From positions 1-64,000 of the forward strand of contig CAXKVF010000086.1 in the NCBI GenBank assembly GCA_964057225.1: a DNA stretch of 64,000 nt, read 5' to 3'. The notes under the pieces were generated by a model. That model had not been told where the DNA came from. It worked only from the letters and a program-made list of their open reading frames with translations, and searched no databases. Source of the stretch: Auanema rhodensis. Taxonomy: Eukaryota; Animalia; Nematoda. The translations under genes and the position numbers were made by a program. Shown here one piece after another: positions 45,001 through 59,300 of this stretch (within the stretch, counting starts at the first letter, position 1; every line of letters begins with the position of its first letter).

Positions 45001-48000
45001 ATGGACATGGGGAATCTAATTTTGAAAACCGCATCTCTTTATCTTTCACGTGAAGCGAGTTACATACCAAGTGCACATCACGTGTACATTTAATTAGCAT
45101 AAATTAAAGTTCACGTAAATTTCAAAGTCATGGTTACCATGCACCAATATCAATAAAAATTTGTTTTTAGACTAATATGGACATGGGGAATCTAATTTTG
45201 AAAACCGCATCTCTTTATCTTTCACGTGAAGCGAGTTACATACCAAGTGCACATCACGTGTACATTTAATTAGCATAAATTAAAGTTCACGTAAATTTCA
45301 AAGTCATGGTTACCATGCACCAATATCAATAAAAATTTGTTTTTAGACTAATATGGACATGGGGAATCTAATTTTGAAAACCGCATCTCTTTATCTTTCA
45401 CGTGAAGCGAGTTACATACCAAGTGCACATCACGTGTACATTTAATTAGCATAAATTAAAGTTCACGTAAATTTCAAAGTCATGGTTACCATGAACCAAT
45501 ATCAATAAAAATTTGTTTTTAGACTAATATGGACATGGGGAATCTAATTTTGAAAACCGCATCTCTTTATCTTTCACGTGAAGCGAGTTACATACCAAGT
45601 GCACATCACGTGTACATTTAATTAGCATAAATTAAGTTCACGTAAATTTCAAAGTCATGGTTACCATGCACCAATATCAATAAAAATTTGTTTTTAGACT
45701 AATATGGACATGGGGAATCTAATTTGAAAACCGCATCTCTTATCTTTCACGTGAAGCGAGTTACATACCAAGTGCACATCACGTGTACATTTAATTAGCA
45801 TAAATTAAAGTTCACGTAAATTTCAAAGTCATGGTTACCATGCACCAATATCAATAAAAATTTGTTTTTAGACTAATATGGACATGGGGAATCTAATTTT
45901 GAAAACCGCATCTCTTATCTTTCACGTGAAGCGAGTTACATACCAAGTGCACATCACGTGTACATTTAATTAGCATAAATTAAAGTTCACGTAAATTTCA
46001 AAGTCATGGTTACCATGCACCAATATCAATAAAAATTTGTTTTTAGACTAATATGGACATGGGGGAATCTAATTTTGAAAACCGCATCTCTTTATCTTTC
46101 ACGTGAAGCGAGTTACATACCAAGTGCACATCACGTGTACATTTAATTAGCATAAATTAAAGTTCACGTAAATTTCAAAGTCATGGTTACCATGCACCAA
46201 TATCAATAAAAATTTGTTTTTAGACTAATATGGACATGGGGAATCTAATTTTGAAAACCGCATCTCTTTATCTTTCACGTGAAGCGAGTTACATACCAAG
46301 TGCACATCACGTGTACATTTAATTAGCATAAATTAAAGTTCACGTAAATTTCAAAGTCATGGTTACCATGCACCAATATCAATAAAAATTTGTTTTTAGA
46401 CTAATATGGACATGGGGAATCTAATTTTGAAAACCGCATCTCTTTATCTTTCACGTGAAGCGAGTTACATACCAAGTGCACATCACGTGTACATTTAATT
46501 AGCATAAATTAAAGTTCACGTAAATTTCAAAGTCATGGTTACCATGCACCAATATCAATAAAAATTTGTTTTTAGACTAATATGGACATGGGGAATCTAA
46601 TTTGAAAACCGCATCTCTTATCTTTCACGTGAAGCGAGTTACATACCAAGTGCACATCACGTGTACATTTAATTAGCATAAATTAAAGTTCACGTAAATT
46701 TCAAAGTCATGGTTACCATGCACCAATATCAATAAAAATTTGTTTTTAGACTAATATGGACATGGGGAATCTAATTTTGAAAACCGCATCTCTTTATCTT
46801 TCACGTGAAGCGAGTTACATACCAAGTGCACATCACGTGTACATTTAATTAGCATAAATTAAAGTTCACGTAAATTTCAAAGTCATGGTTACCATGCACC
46901 AATATCAATAAAAATTTGTTTTTAGACTAATATGGACATGGGGAATCTAATTTTGAAAACCGCATCTCTTATCTTTCACGTGAAGCGAGTTACATACCAA
47001 GTGCACATCACGTGTACATTTAATTAGCATAAATTAAAGTTCACGTAAATTTCAAAGTCATGGTTACCATGAACCAATATCAATAAAAATTTGTTTTTAG
47101 ACTAATATGGACATGGGGAATCTAATTTTGAAAACCGCATCTCTTTATCTTTCACGTGAAGCGAGTTACATACCAAGTGCACATCACGTGTACATTTAAT
47201 TAGCATAAATTAAAGTTCACGTAAATTTCAAAGTCATGGTTACCATGCACCAATATCAATAAAAATTTGTTTTTAGACTAATATGGACATGGGGAATCTA
47301 ATTTTGAAAACCGCATCTCTTTATCTTTCACGTGAAGCGAGTTACATTACCAAGTGCACATCACGTGTACATTTAATTAGCATAAATTAAAGTTCACGTA
47401 AATTTCAAAGTCATGGTTACCATGCACCAATATCAATAAAAATTTGTTTTTAGACTAATATGGACATGGGGAATCTAATTTTGAAAACCGCATCTCTTTA
47501 TCTTTCACGTGAAGCGAGTTACATACCAAGTGCACATCACGTGTACATTTAATTAGCATAAATTAAAGTTCACGTAAATTCAAAGTCATGGTTACCATGC
47601 ACCAATATCAATAAAAATTTGTTTTTAGACTAATATGGACATGGGGATCTAATTTTGAAAACCGCATCTCTTTATCTTTCACGTGAAGCGAGTTACATAC
47701 CAAGTGCACATCACGTGTACATTTAATTAGCATAAATTAAAGTTCACGTAAATTTCAAAGTCATGGTTACCATGCACCAATATCAATAAAAATTTGTTTT
47801 TAGACTAATATGGACATGGGGAATCTAATTTTGAAAACCGCATCTCTTATCTTTCACGTGAAGCGAGTTACATACCAAGTGCACATCACGTGTACATTTA
47901 ATTAGCATAAATTAAAGTTCACGTAAATTTCAAAGTCATGGTTACCATGCACCAATATCAATAAAAATTTGTTTTTAGACTAATATGGACATGGGGAATC

Positions 48001-48750
48001 TAATTTTGAAAACCGCATCTCTTCATCTTTCACGTGAAGCGAGTTACATACGCAAGGCACAGCACTGTACATTAATTAGCATAAATTAAAGTTCACGTAA
48101 ATTTCAAAGTCATGGTTACCATGCACCAATATCAATAAAAATTTGTTTTTAGACTAATATGGACATGGGAATCTAATTTTGAAAACCGCATCTCTTATCT
48201 TTCACGTGAAGCGAGTTACATACCAAGTGCACATCACGTGTACATTTAATTAGCATAAATTAAAGTTCACGTAAATTTCAAAGTCATGGTTACCATGAAC
48301 CAATATCAATAAAAATTTGTTTTTAGACTAATATGGACATGGGGAATCTAATTTTGAAAACCGCATCTCTTTATCTTTCACGTGAAGCGAGTTACATACC
48401 AAGTGCACATCACGTGTACATTTAATTAGCATAAATTAAAGTTCACGTTACTTTCAAAGTCATGGTTACCATGCACCAATATCAATAAAAATTTGTTTTT
48501 AGACTAATATGGACATGGGGAATCTAATTTTGAAAACCGCATCTCTTTATCTTTCACGTGAAGCGAGTTACATACCAAGTGCACATCACGTGTACATTTA
48601 ATTAGCATAAATTAAAGTTCACGTAAATTTCAAAGTCATAGTTACCATGCACCAATATCAATAAAAATTTGTTTTTAGACTAATATGGACATGGGGAATC
48701 TAATTTTGAAAACCGCATCTCTTCATCTTTCACGTGAAGCGAGTTACATA
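1..48750 (+). repeat. 176-bp tandem satellite array, forward orientation, ~277 monomers
   Basis: GTGAAGCGAG recurs at 1, 177, 353 and onward. Consensus: GTGAAGCGAGTTACATACCAAGTGCACATCACGTGTACATTTAATTAGCATAAATTAAAGTTCACGTAAATTTCAAAGTCATGGTTACCATG[C/A]ACCAATATCAATAAAAATTTGTTTTTAGACTAATATGGACATGGGGAATCTAATTTTGAAAACCGCATCTCTTTATCTTTCAC. Most copies differ from it by 0-3 bases, and no non-satellite insertion was seen. Confidence 0.99.
10212..31400 (+). repeat. Higher-order repeat: four imperfect copies of a multi-monomer block (start-to-start 33, 35 and 25 monomers)
   Basis: An ordered set of rare variants recurs at exact multiples of 176. CACGTAAAG: 10212/16020/22180/26580. ACCCTGCACCAATGTCTAT: 10651/16635/22795/27195. 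GTAACTTTC: 11511/17495/24183/28055. CCGTATCTCTTCATTTTT: 12832/18816/25504/29376. Confidence 0.9.
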
Positions 48751-48950
48751 NNNNNNNNNNNNNNNNNNNNNNNNNNNNNNNNNNNNNNNNNNNNNNNNNN
48801 NNNNNNNNNNNNNNNNNNNNNNNNNNNNNNNNNNNNNNNNNNNNNNNNNNNNNNNNNNNNNNNNNNNNNNNNNNNNNNNNNNNNNNNNNNNNNNNNNNNN
48901 NNNNNNNNNNNNNNNNNNNNNNNNNNNNNNNNNNNNNNNNNNNNNNNNNN
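48751..48950. other. Assembly/scaffold gap (exactly 200 N)
   Basis: Run of 200 N. A round fixed length indicates a scaffolding placeholder of unknown true size. Confidence 0.99.
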
Positions 48951-50399
48951 TAAAAACAAATTTTTATTGATATTGGTTCATGGTAACCATGACTTTGAAA
49001 TTTACGTGAACTTTAATTTATGCTAATTAAATGTACACGTGATGTGCACTTGGTATGTAACTCGCTTCACGTGAAAGATAAAGAGATGCGGTTTTCAAAA
49101 TTAGATTCCCCATGTCCATATTAGTCTAAAAACAAATTTTTATTGATATTGGTTCATGGTAACCATGACTTTGAAATTTACGTGAACTTTAATTCATGCT
49201 AATTAAATGTACACGTGATGTGCACTTGGTATGTAACTCGCTTCACGTGAAAGATAAAGAGATGCGGTTTTCAAAATTAGATTCCCCATGTCCATATTAG
49301 TCTAAGAACAAATTTTTATTGATATTGCTTCATGGTAACCATGACTTTGAAATTTACGTGAACTTTAATTTATGCTAATTAAATGTACACGTGATGTGCA
49401 CTTGGTATGTAACTCGCTTCACGTGAAAGATAAAGAGATGCGGTTTTCAAAATTAGATTCCCCATGTCCATATTAGTCTAAAAACAAATTTTTATTGATA
49501 TTGGTTCATGTTAACCATGACTTTGAAATTTACGTGAACTTTAATTATGCTAAATAAATGTACACGTGATGTGCACTTGGTATGTAACTCGCTTCACGTG
49601 AAAGATAAAGAGATGCGTTTTCAAAATTAGATTCCCCATGTCCATATTAGTCTAAAAACAAATTTTTATTGATATTGCTTCATGGTAACCATGACTTTGA
49701 AGTTTACGTGAACTTTAATTTATGCTAATTAAATGTACACGTGATGTGCACTTGGTATGTAACTCGCTTCACGTGAAAGATAAAGAGATGCGGTTTTCAA
49801 AATTAGATTCCCATGTCCATATTAGTCTAAAAACAAATTTTTATTGATATTGGTTCATGGTAACCATGACTTTGAAATTTACGTGAACTTTAATTTATGC
49901 TAATTAAATGTACACGTGATGTGCACTTGGTATGTAACTCGCTTCACGTGAAAGATAAAGAGATGCGGTTTTCAAAATTAGATTCCCCATGTCCATATTA
50001 GTCTAAGAACAAATTTTTATTGATATTGGTTCATGGTAACCATGACTTTGAAATTTACGTGAACTTTAATTTATGCTAATTAAATGTACACGTGATGTGC
50101 ACTTGGTATGTAACTCGCTTCACGTGAAAGATAAAGAGATGCGGTTTTCAAAATTAGATTCCCCATGTCCATATTAGTCTAAAAACAAATTTTTATTGAT
50201 ATTGCTTCATGGTAACCATGACTTTGAAATTTACGTGAACTTTAATTTATGCTAATTAAATGTACACGTGATGTGCACTTGGTATGTAACTCGCTTCACG
50301 TGAAAGATAAAGAGATGCGGTTTTCAAAATTAGATTCCCCATGTCCATATTAGTCTAAAAACAAATTTTTATTGATATTGCTTCATGGTAACCATGACT

Positions 50400-53300
50400 T
50401 TGAAATTTACGTGAACTTTAATTTATGCTAATTAAATGTACACGTGATGTGCACTTGGTATGTAACTCGCTTCACGTGAAAGATGAAGAGATGCGGTTTT
50501 CAAAATTAGATTCCCCATGTCCATATTAGTCTAAAAACAAATTTTTATTGATATTGGTTCATGGTAACCATGACTTTGAAATTTACGTGAACTTTAATTT
50601 ATGCTAATTAAATGTACACGTGATGTGCACTTGGTATGTAACTCGCTTCACGTGAAAGATAAAAAGATGCGGTTTTCAAAATTAGATTCCCCATGTCCAT
50701 ATTAGTCTAAAAACAAATTTTTATTGATATTGCTTCATGGTAACCATGACTTTGAAGTTTACGTGAACTTTAATTTATGCTAATTAAATGTACACGTGAT
50801 GTGCACTTGGTATGTAACTCGCTTCACGTGAAAGATAAAGAGATGCGGTTTTCACAATTAGATTCCCCATGTCCATATTAGTCTAAAAACAAATTTTTAT
50901 TGATATTGGTTCATGGTAACCATGACTTTGAAATTTACGTGAACTTTAATTTATGCTAATTAAATGTACACGTGATGTGCACTTGGTATGTAACTCGCTT
51001 CACGTGAAAGATAAAGAGATGCGGTTTTCAAATTAGATTCCCCATGTCCATATTAGTCTAAAAACAAATTTTTATTGATATTGGTTCATGGTAACCATGA
51101 CTTTGAAATTTACGTGAACTTTAATTCATGCTAATTAAATGTACACGTGATGTGCACTTGGTATGTAACTCGCTTCACGTGAAAGATAAAGAGATGCGGT
51201 TTCAAAATTAGATTCCCCATGTCCATATGAGTCTAAAAACAAATTTTTATTGATATTGGTTCATGGTAACCATGACTTTGAAATTTACGTGAACTTTAAT
51301 TTATGCTAATTAAATGTACACGTGATGTGCACTTGGTATGTAACTCGCTTCACGTGAAAGATAAAGAGATGCGGTTTTCAAATTAGATTCCCCATGTCCA
51401 TATTAGTCTAAAAACAAATTTTTATTGATATTGCTTCATGGTAACCATGACTTTGAAATTTACGTGAACTTTAATTTATGCTAATTAAATGTACACGTGA
51501 TGTGCACTTGGTATGTAACTCGCTTCACGTGAAAGATAAAGAGATGCGGTTTTCAAAATTAGATTCCCCATGTCCATATTAGTCTAAAAACAAATTTTTA
51601 TTGATATTGCTTCATGGTAACCATGACTTTGAAATTTACGTGAACTTTAATTTATGCTAATTAAATGTACACGTGATGTGCACTTGGTATGTAACTCGCT
51701 TCACGTGAAAGATGAAGAGATGCGGTTTCAAAATTAGATTCCCCATGTCCATATTAGTCTAAAAACAAATTTTTATTGATATTGCTTCATGGTAACCATG
51801 ACTTTGAAGTTTACGTGAACTTTAATTTATGCTAATTAAATGTACACGTGATGTGCACTTGGTATGTAACTCGCTTCACGTGAAAGATAAAGAGATGCGG
51901 TTTTCACAATTAGATTCCCCATGTCCATATTAGTCTAAAAACAAATTTTTATTGATATTGGTTCATGGTAACCATGACTTTGAAATTTACGTGAACTTTA
52001 ATTTATGCTAATTAAATGTACACGTGATGTGCACTTGGTATGTAACTCGCTTCACGTGAAAGATAAAGAGATGCGGTTTTCAAAATTAGATTCCCATGTC
52101 CATATTAGTCTAAAAACAAATTTTATTGATATTGGTTCATGGTAACCATGACTTTGAAATTTACGTGAACTTTAATTCATGCTAATTAAATGTACACGTG
52201 ATGTGCACTTGGTATGTAACTCGCTTCACGTGAAAGATAAGAGATGCGGTTTTCAAAATTAGATTCCCATGTCCATATTAGTCTAAAAACAAATTTTTAT
52301 TGATATTGGTTCATGGTAACCATGACTTTGAAATTTACGTGAACTTTAATTTATGCTAATTAAATGTACACGTGATGTGCACTTGTATGTAACTCGCTTC
52401 ACGTGAAAGATAAAGAGATGCGGTTTTCAAAATTAGATTCCCCATGTCCATATTGGTCTAAAAACAAATTTTTATATGATATTGCTTCATGGTAACCATG
52501 ACTTTGAAATTTACGTGAACTTTAATTTATGCTAATTAAATGTACACGTGATGTGCACTTGGTATGTAACTCGCTTCACGTGAAAGATGAAGAGATGCGG
52601 TTTTCAAAATTAGATTCCCCATGTCCATATTAGTCTAAAAACAAATTTTTATTGATATTGGTTCATGGTAACCATGACTTTGAAATTTACGTGAACTTTA
52701 ATTTATGCTAATTAAATGTACACGTGATGTGCACTTGGTATGTAACTCGCTTCACGTGAAAGATAAAAAGATGCGGTTTTCAAAATTAGATTCCCCATGT
52801 CCATATTAGTCTAAAAACAAATTTTTTATTGATATTGCTTCATGGTAACCATGACTTTGAAGTTTACGTGAACTTTAATTTATGCTAATTAAATGTACAC
52901 GTGATGGGCACTTGGTATGTAACTCGCTTCACGTGAAAGATAAAGAGATGCGGTTTTCACAATTAGATTCCCCATGTCCATATTAGTCTAAAAACAAATT
53001 TTTATTGATATTGGTTCATGGTAACCATGACTTTGAAATTTACGTGAACTTTAATTTATGCTAATTAAATGTACACGTGATGTGCACTTGGTATGTAACT
53101 CGCTTCACGTGAAAGATAAAGAGATGCGGTTTTCAAAATTAGATTCCCCATGTCCATATTAGTCTAAAAACAAATTTTTATTGATATTGGTTCATGGTAA
53201 CCATGACTTTGAAATTTACGTGAACTTTAATTCATGCTAATTAAATGTACACGTGATGTGCACTTGGTATGTAACTCGCTTCACGTGAAAGATAAAGAGA
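50400..53300 (-). repeat. Local 6-monomer higher-order repeat, ~3 copies
   Basis: TTTTCACAAT at 50855/51907/52960 and TTAATTCATG at 51127/52178/53233, spaced 1051-1055 bp (6x176=1056, less small deletions). Confidence 0.8.
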
Positions 53301-56300
53301 TGCGGTTTTCAAAATTAGATTCCCCATGTCCATATTAGTCTAAAAACAAATTTTTATTGATATTGGTTCATGGTAACCATGACTTTGAAATTTACGTGAA
53401 CTTTAATTTATGCTAATTAAATGTACACGTGATGTGCACTTGGTATGTAACTCGCTTCACGTGAAAGATAAAGAGATGCGGTTTTCAAAATTAGATTCCC
53501 CATGTCCATATTAGTCTAAAAACAAATTTTTATTGATATTGCTTCATGGTAACCATGACTTTGAAGTTTACGTGAACTTTAATTTATGCTAATTAAATGT
53601 ACACGTGATGTGCACTTGGTATGTAACTCGCTTCACGTGAAAGATAAAGAGATGCGGTTTTCAAAATTAGATTCCCCATGTCCATATTAGTCTAAAAACA
53701 AATTTTTTATTGATATTGGTTCATGGTAACCATGACTTTGAAATTTACGTGAACTTTAATTTATGCTAATTAAATGTACACGTGATGTGCACTTGGTATG
53801 TAACTCGCTTCACGTGAAAGATAAAGAGATGCGGTTTTCAAAATTAGATTCCCCATGTCCATATTAGTCTAAGAACAAATTTTTATTGATATTGGTGCAT
53901 GGTAACCATGACTTTGAAATTTACGTGAACTTTAATTTATGCTAATTAAATGTACACGTGATGTGCACTTGGTATGTCACTCGCTTCACGTGAAAGATAA
54001 AGAGATGCGGTTTCAAAATTAGATTCCCCATGTCCATATTAGTCTAAAAACAAATTTTTATTGATATTGGTTCATGGTAACCATGACTTTGAAATTTACG
54101 TGAACTTTAATTTATGCTAATTAAATGTACACGTGATGTGCACTTGGTATGTAACTCGCTTCACGTGAAAGATAAAGAGATGCGGTTTTCAAAATTAGAT
54201 TCCCCATGTCCATATTAGTCTAAAAACAAATTTTTATTGATATTGGTTCATGGTAACCATGACTTTGAAATTTACGTGAACTTTAATTTATGCTAATTAA
54301 ATGTACACGTGATGTGCACTTGGTATGTAACTCGCTTCACGTGAAAGATAAAGAGATGCGGTTTTCAAAATTAGATTCCCCATGTCCATATTAGTCTAAA
54401 AACAAATTTTTATTGATATTGGTTCATGGTAACCATGACTTTGAAATTTACGTGAACTTTAATTTATGCTAATTAAATGTACACGTGATGTGCACTTGGT
54501 ATGTAACTCGCTTCACGTGAAAGATAAAGAGATGCGGTTTCAAAATTAGATTCCCCATGTCCATATTAGTCTAAGAACAAATTTTTATTGATATTGGTTC
54601 ATGGTAACCATGACTTTGAAATTTACGTGAACTTTAATTTATGCTAATTAAATGTACACGTGATGTGCACTTGGTATGTAACTCGCTTCACGTGAAAGAT
54701 AAAGAGATGCGGTTTTCAAAATTAGATTCCCCATGTCCAATATTAGTCTAAAAACAAATTTTTATTGATATTGGTTCATGGTAACCATGACTTTGAAATT
54801 TACGTGAACTTTAATTTATGCTAATTAAATGTACACGTGATGTGCACTTGGTATGTAACTCGCTTCACGTGAAGATAAAGAGATGCGGTTTTCAAAATTA
54901 GATTCCCCATGTCCATATTAGTCTAAAAACAAATTTTTATTGATATTGGTTCATGGTAACCATGACTTTGAAATTTACGTGAACTTTAATTTATGCTAAT
55001 TAAATGTACACGTGATGTGCACTTGGTATGTAACTCGCTTCACGTGAAAGATAAAGAGATGCGGTTTTCAAAATTAGATTCCCATGTCCATATTAGTCTA
55101 AAAACAAATTTTTATTGATATTGCTTCATGGTAACCATGACTTTGAAATTTACGTGAACTTTAATTTATGCTAATTAAATGTACACGTGATGTGCACTTG
55201 GTATGTAACTCGCTTCACGTGAAAGATAAAGAGATGCGGTTTTCAAAATTAGATTCCCCATGTCCATATTAGTCTAAAAACAAATTTTTATTGATATTGG
55301 TTCATGGTAACCATGACTTTGAAATTTACGTGAACTTTAATTTATGCTAATTAAATGTACACGTGATGTGCACTTGGTATGTAACTCGCTTCACGTGAAA
55401 GATAAAGAGATGCGGTTTCAAAATTAGATTCCCCATGTCCATAATAGTCTAAGAACAAATTTTTATTGATATTGGTGCATGGTAACCATGACTTTGAAAT
55501 TTACGTGTACTTTAATTTATGCTAATTAAATGTACACGTGATGTGCACTTGGTATGTAACTCGCTTCACGTGAAAGATAAAGAGATGCGGTTTTCAAAAT
55601 TAGATTCCCCATGTCCATATTAGTCTAAAAACAAATTTTTATTGATATTGCTTCATGGTAACCATGACTTTGAAGTTTACGTGAACTTTAATTTATGCTA
55701 ATTAAATGTACACGTGATGTGCACTTGGTATGTAACTCGCTTCACGTGAAAGATAAAGAGATGCGGTTTTCAAATTAGATTCCCCATGTCCATATTAGTC
55801 TAAAAACAAATTTTTATTGATATTGGTTCATGGTAACCATGACTTTGAAATTTACGTGAACTTTAATTTATGCTAATTAAATGTACACGTGATGTGCACT
55901 TGGTATGTAACTCGCTTCACGTGAAGATAAAGAGATGCGGTTTTCAAAATTAGATTCCCCATGTCCATATTAGTCTAAGAACAAATTTTTATTGATATTG
56001 GTGCATGGTAACCATGACTTTGAAATTTACGTGAACTTTAATTTATGCTAATTAAATGTACACGTGATGTGCACTTGGTATGTAACTCGCTTCACGTGAA
56101 AGATAAAGAGATGCGGTTTTCAAAATTAGATTCCCCATGTCCATATTAGTCTAAAAACAAATTTTTATTGATATTGGTTCATGGTAACCATGACTTTGAA
56201 ATTTACGTGAACTTTAATTTATGCTAATTAAATGTACACGTGATGTGCACTTGGTATGTAACTCGCTTCACGTGAAAGATAAAGAGATGCGGTTTTCAAA

Positions 56301-59300
56301 ATTAGATTCCCCATGTCCATATTAGTCTAAGAACAAATTTTTATGATATTGGTTCATGGTAACCATGACTTTGAAATTTACGTGAACTTTAATTTATGCT
56401 AATTAAATGTACACGTGATGTGCACTTGGTATGTAACTCGCTTCACGTGAAAGATAAAGAGATGCGGTTTTCAAAATTAGATTCCCCATGTCCATATTAG
56501 TCTAAAAACAAATTTTTATTGATATTGCTTCATGGTAACCATGACTTTGAAGTTTACGTGAACTTTAATTTATGCTAATTAAATGTACACGTGATGTGCA
56601 CTTGGTATGTAACTCGCTTCACGTGAAAGATAAAGAGATGCGGTTTTCAAAATTAGATTCCCCATGTCCATATTAGTCTAAAAACAAATTTTTATTGATA
56701 TTGGTTCATGGTAACCATGACTTTGAAATTTACGTGAACTTTAATTTATGCTAATTAAATGTACACGTGATGTGCACTTGGTATGTAACTCGCTTCACGT
56801 GAAAGATAAAGAGATGCGGTTTTCAAAATTAGATTCCCCATGTCCATATTAGTCTAAAAACAAATTTTTATTGATATTGCTTCATGGTAACCATGACTTT
56901 GAAATTTACGTGAACTTTAATTTATGCTAATTAAATGTACACGTGATGTGCACTTGGTATGTAACTCGCTTCACGTGAAAGATAAAGAGATGCGGTTTTC
57001 AAAATTAGATTCCCCATGTCCATATTAGTCTAAAAACAAATTTTTATTGATATTGGTTCATGGTAACCATGACTTTGAAATTTACGTGAACTTTAATTTA
57101 TGCTAATTAAATGTACACGTGATGTGCACTTGGTATGTAACTCGCTTCACGTGAAAGATAAAGAGATGCGGTTTTCAAAATTAGATTCCCCATGTCCATA
57201 TTAGTCTAAGAACAAATTTTTATTGATATTGGTTCATGGTAACCATGACTTTGAAATTTACGTGAACTTTAATTTATGGCTAATTAAATGTACACGTGAT
57301 GTGCACTTGGTATGTAACTCGCTTCACGTGAAAGATAAAGAGATGCGGTTTTCAAAATTAGATTCCCCATGTCCATATTAGTCTAAAAACAAATTTTTAT
57401 TGATATTGCTTCATGGTAACCATGACTTTGAAGTTTACGTGAACTTTAATTTATGCTAATTAAATGTACACGTGATGTGCACTTGGTATGTAACTCGCTT
57501 CACGTGAAAGATAAAGAGATGCGGTTTTCAAAATTAGATTCCCCATGTCCATATTAGTCTAAAAACAAATTTTTATTGATATTGGTTCATGGTAACCATG
57601 ACTTTGAAATTTACGTGAACTTTAATTTATGCTAATTAAATGTACACGTGATGTGCACTTGGTATGTAACTCGCTTCACGTGAAAGATAAAGAGATGCGG
57701 TTTTCAAATTAGATTCCCCATGTCCATATTAGTCTAAGAACAAATTTTTATTGATATTGGTTCATGGTAACCATGACTTTGAAATTTACGTGAACTTTAA
57801 TTTATGCTAATTAAATGTACACGTGATGTGCACTTGGTATGTAACTCGCTTCACGTGAAAGATAAAGAGATGCGGTTTTCAAAATTAGATTTCCCATGTC
57901 CATATTAGTCTAAAAACAAATTTTTATTGATATTGCTTCATGGTAACCATGACTTTGAAGTTTACGTGAACTTTAATTTATGCTAATTAAATGTACACGT
58001 GATGTGCACTTGGTATGTAACTCGCTTCACGTGAAAGATAAAGAGATGCGGTTTTCAAAATTAGATTCCCCATGTCCATATTAGTCTAAGAACAAATTTT
58101 TATTGATATTGGTTCATGGTAACCATGACTTTGAAATTTACGTGAACTTTAATTTATGCTAATTAAATGTACACGTGATGTGCACTTGGTATGTAACTCG
58201 CTTCACGTGAAAGATAAAGAGATGCGGTTTTCAAAATTAGATTTCCCATGTCCATATTAGTCTAAAAACAAATTTTTATTGATATTGGTTCATGGTAACC
58301 ATGACTTTGAAATTTACGTGAACTTTAATTTATGCTAATTAAATGTACACGTGATGTGCACTTGGTATGTAACTCGCTTCACGTGAAAGATAAAGAGATG
58401 CGGTTTTCAAAATTAGATTCCCCATGTCCATATTAGTCTAAAAACAAATTTTTATTGATATTGCTTCATGGTAACCATGACTTTGAATTTACGTGAACTT
58501 TAATTATGCTAATTAAATGTACACGTGATGTGCACTTGGTATGTAACTCGCTTCACGTGAAAGATAAAGAGATGCGGTTTTCAAATTAGATTCCCCATGT
58601 CCATATTAGTCTAAAAACAAATTTTTATTGATATTGGTTCATGGTAACCATGACTTTGAAATTTACGTGAACTTTAATTTATGCTAATTAAATGTACACG
58701 TGATGTGCACTTGGTATGTAACTCGCTTCACGTGAAAGATAAAGAGATGCGGTTTTCAAATTAGATTCCCCATGTCCATATTAGTCTAAGAACAAATTTT
58801 TATTGATATTGGTTCATGGTAACCATGACTTTGAAATTTACGTGAACTTTAATTTATGCTAATTAAATGTACACGTGATGTGCACTTGGTATGTAACTCG
58901 CTTCACGTGAAAGATAAAGAGATGCGGTTTTCAAAATTAGATTCCCCATGTCCATATTAGTCTAAAAACAAATTTTTATTGATATTGGTTCATGGTAACC
59001 ATGACTTTGAAATTTACGTGAACTTTAATTTATGCTAATTAAATGTACACGTGATGTGCACTTGGTATGTAACTCGCTTCACGTGAAAGATAAAGAGATG
59101 CGGTTTTCAAAATTAGATTCCCCATGTCCATATTAGTCTAAGAACAAATTTTTATTGATATTGGTGCATGGTAACCATGACTTTGAAATTTACGTGAACT
59201 TTAATTTATGCTAATTAAATGTACACGTGATGTGCACTTGGTATGTAACTCGCTTCACGTGAAAGATAAAGAGATGCGGTTTTCAAAATTAGATTCCCCA

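Noticed and set aside
48051-48080. Divergent segment CGCAAGGCACAGCACTGTACATTAATT as an insertion or special monomer
   Set aside because: It aligns to consensus positions ~18-47 with clustered indels and sits 700 bp from a contig end, so low-coverage read error is most likely.
48740-48960. Orientation change at the gap as a real inversion breakpoint
   Set aside because: The junction is unsequenced, and contig orientation in pure satellite is unreliable.
48685-49026. Three ORF-track ORFs (113, 78 and 71 aa)
   Set aside because: They are mostly X from the N gap and the flanks are translated satellite. No ORF is called anywhere else in the array.
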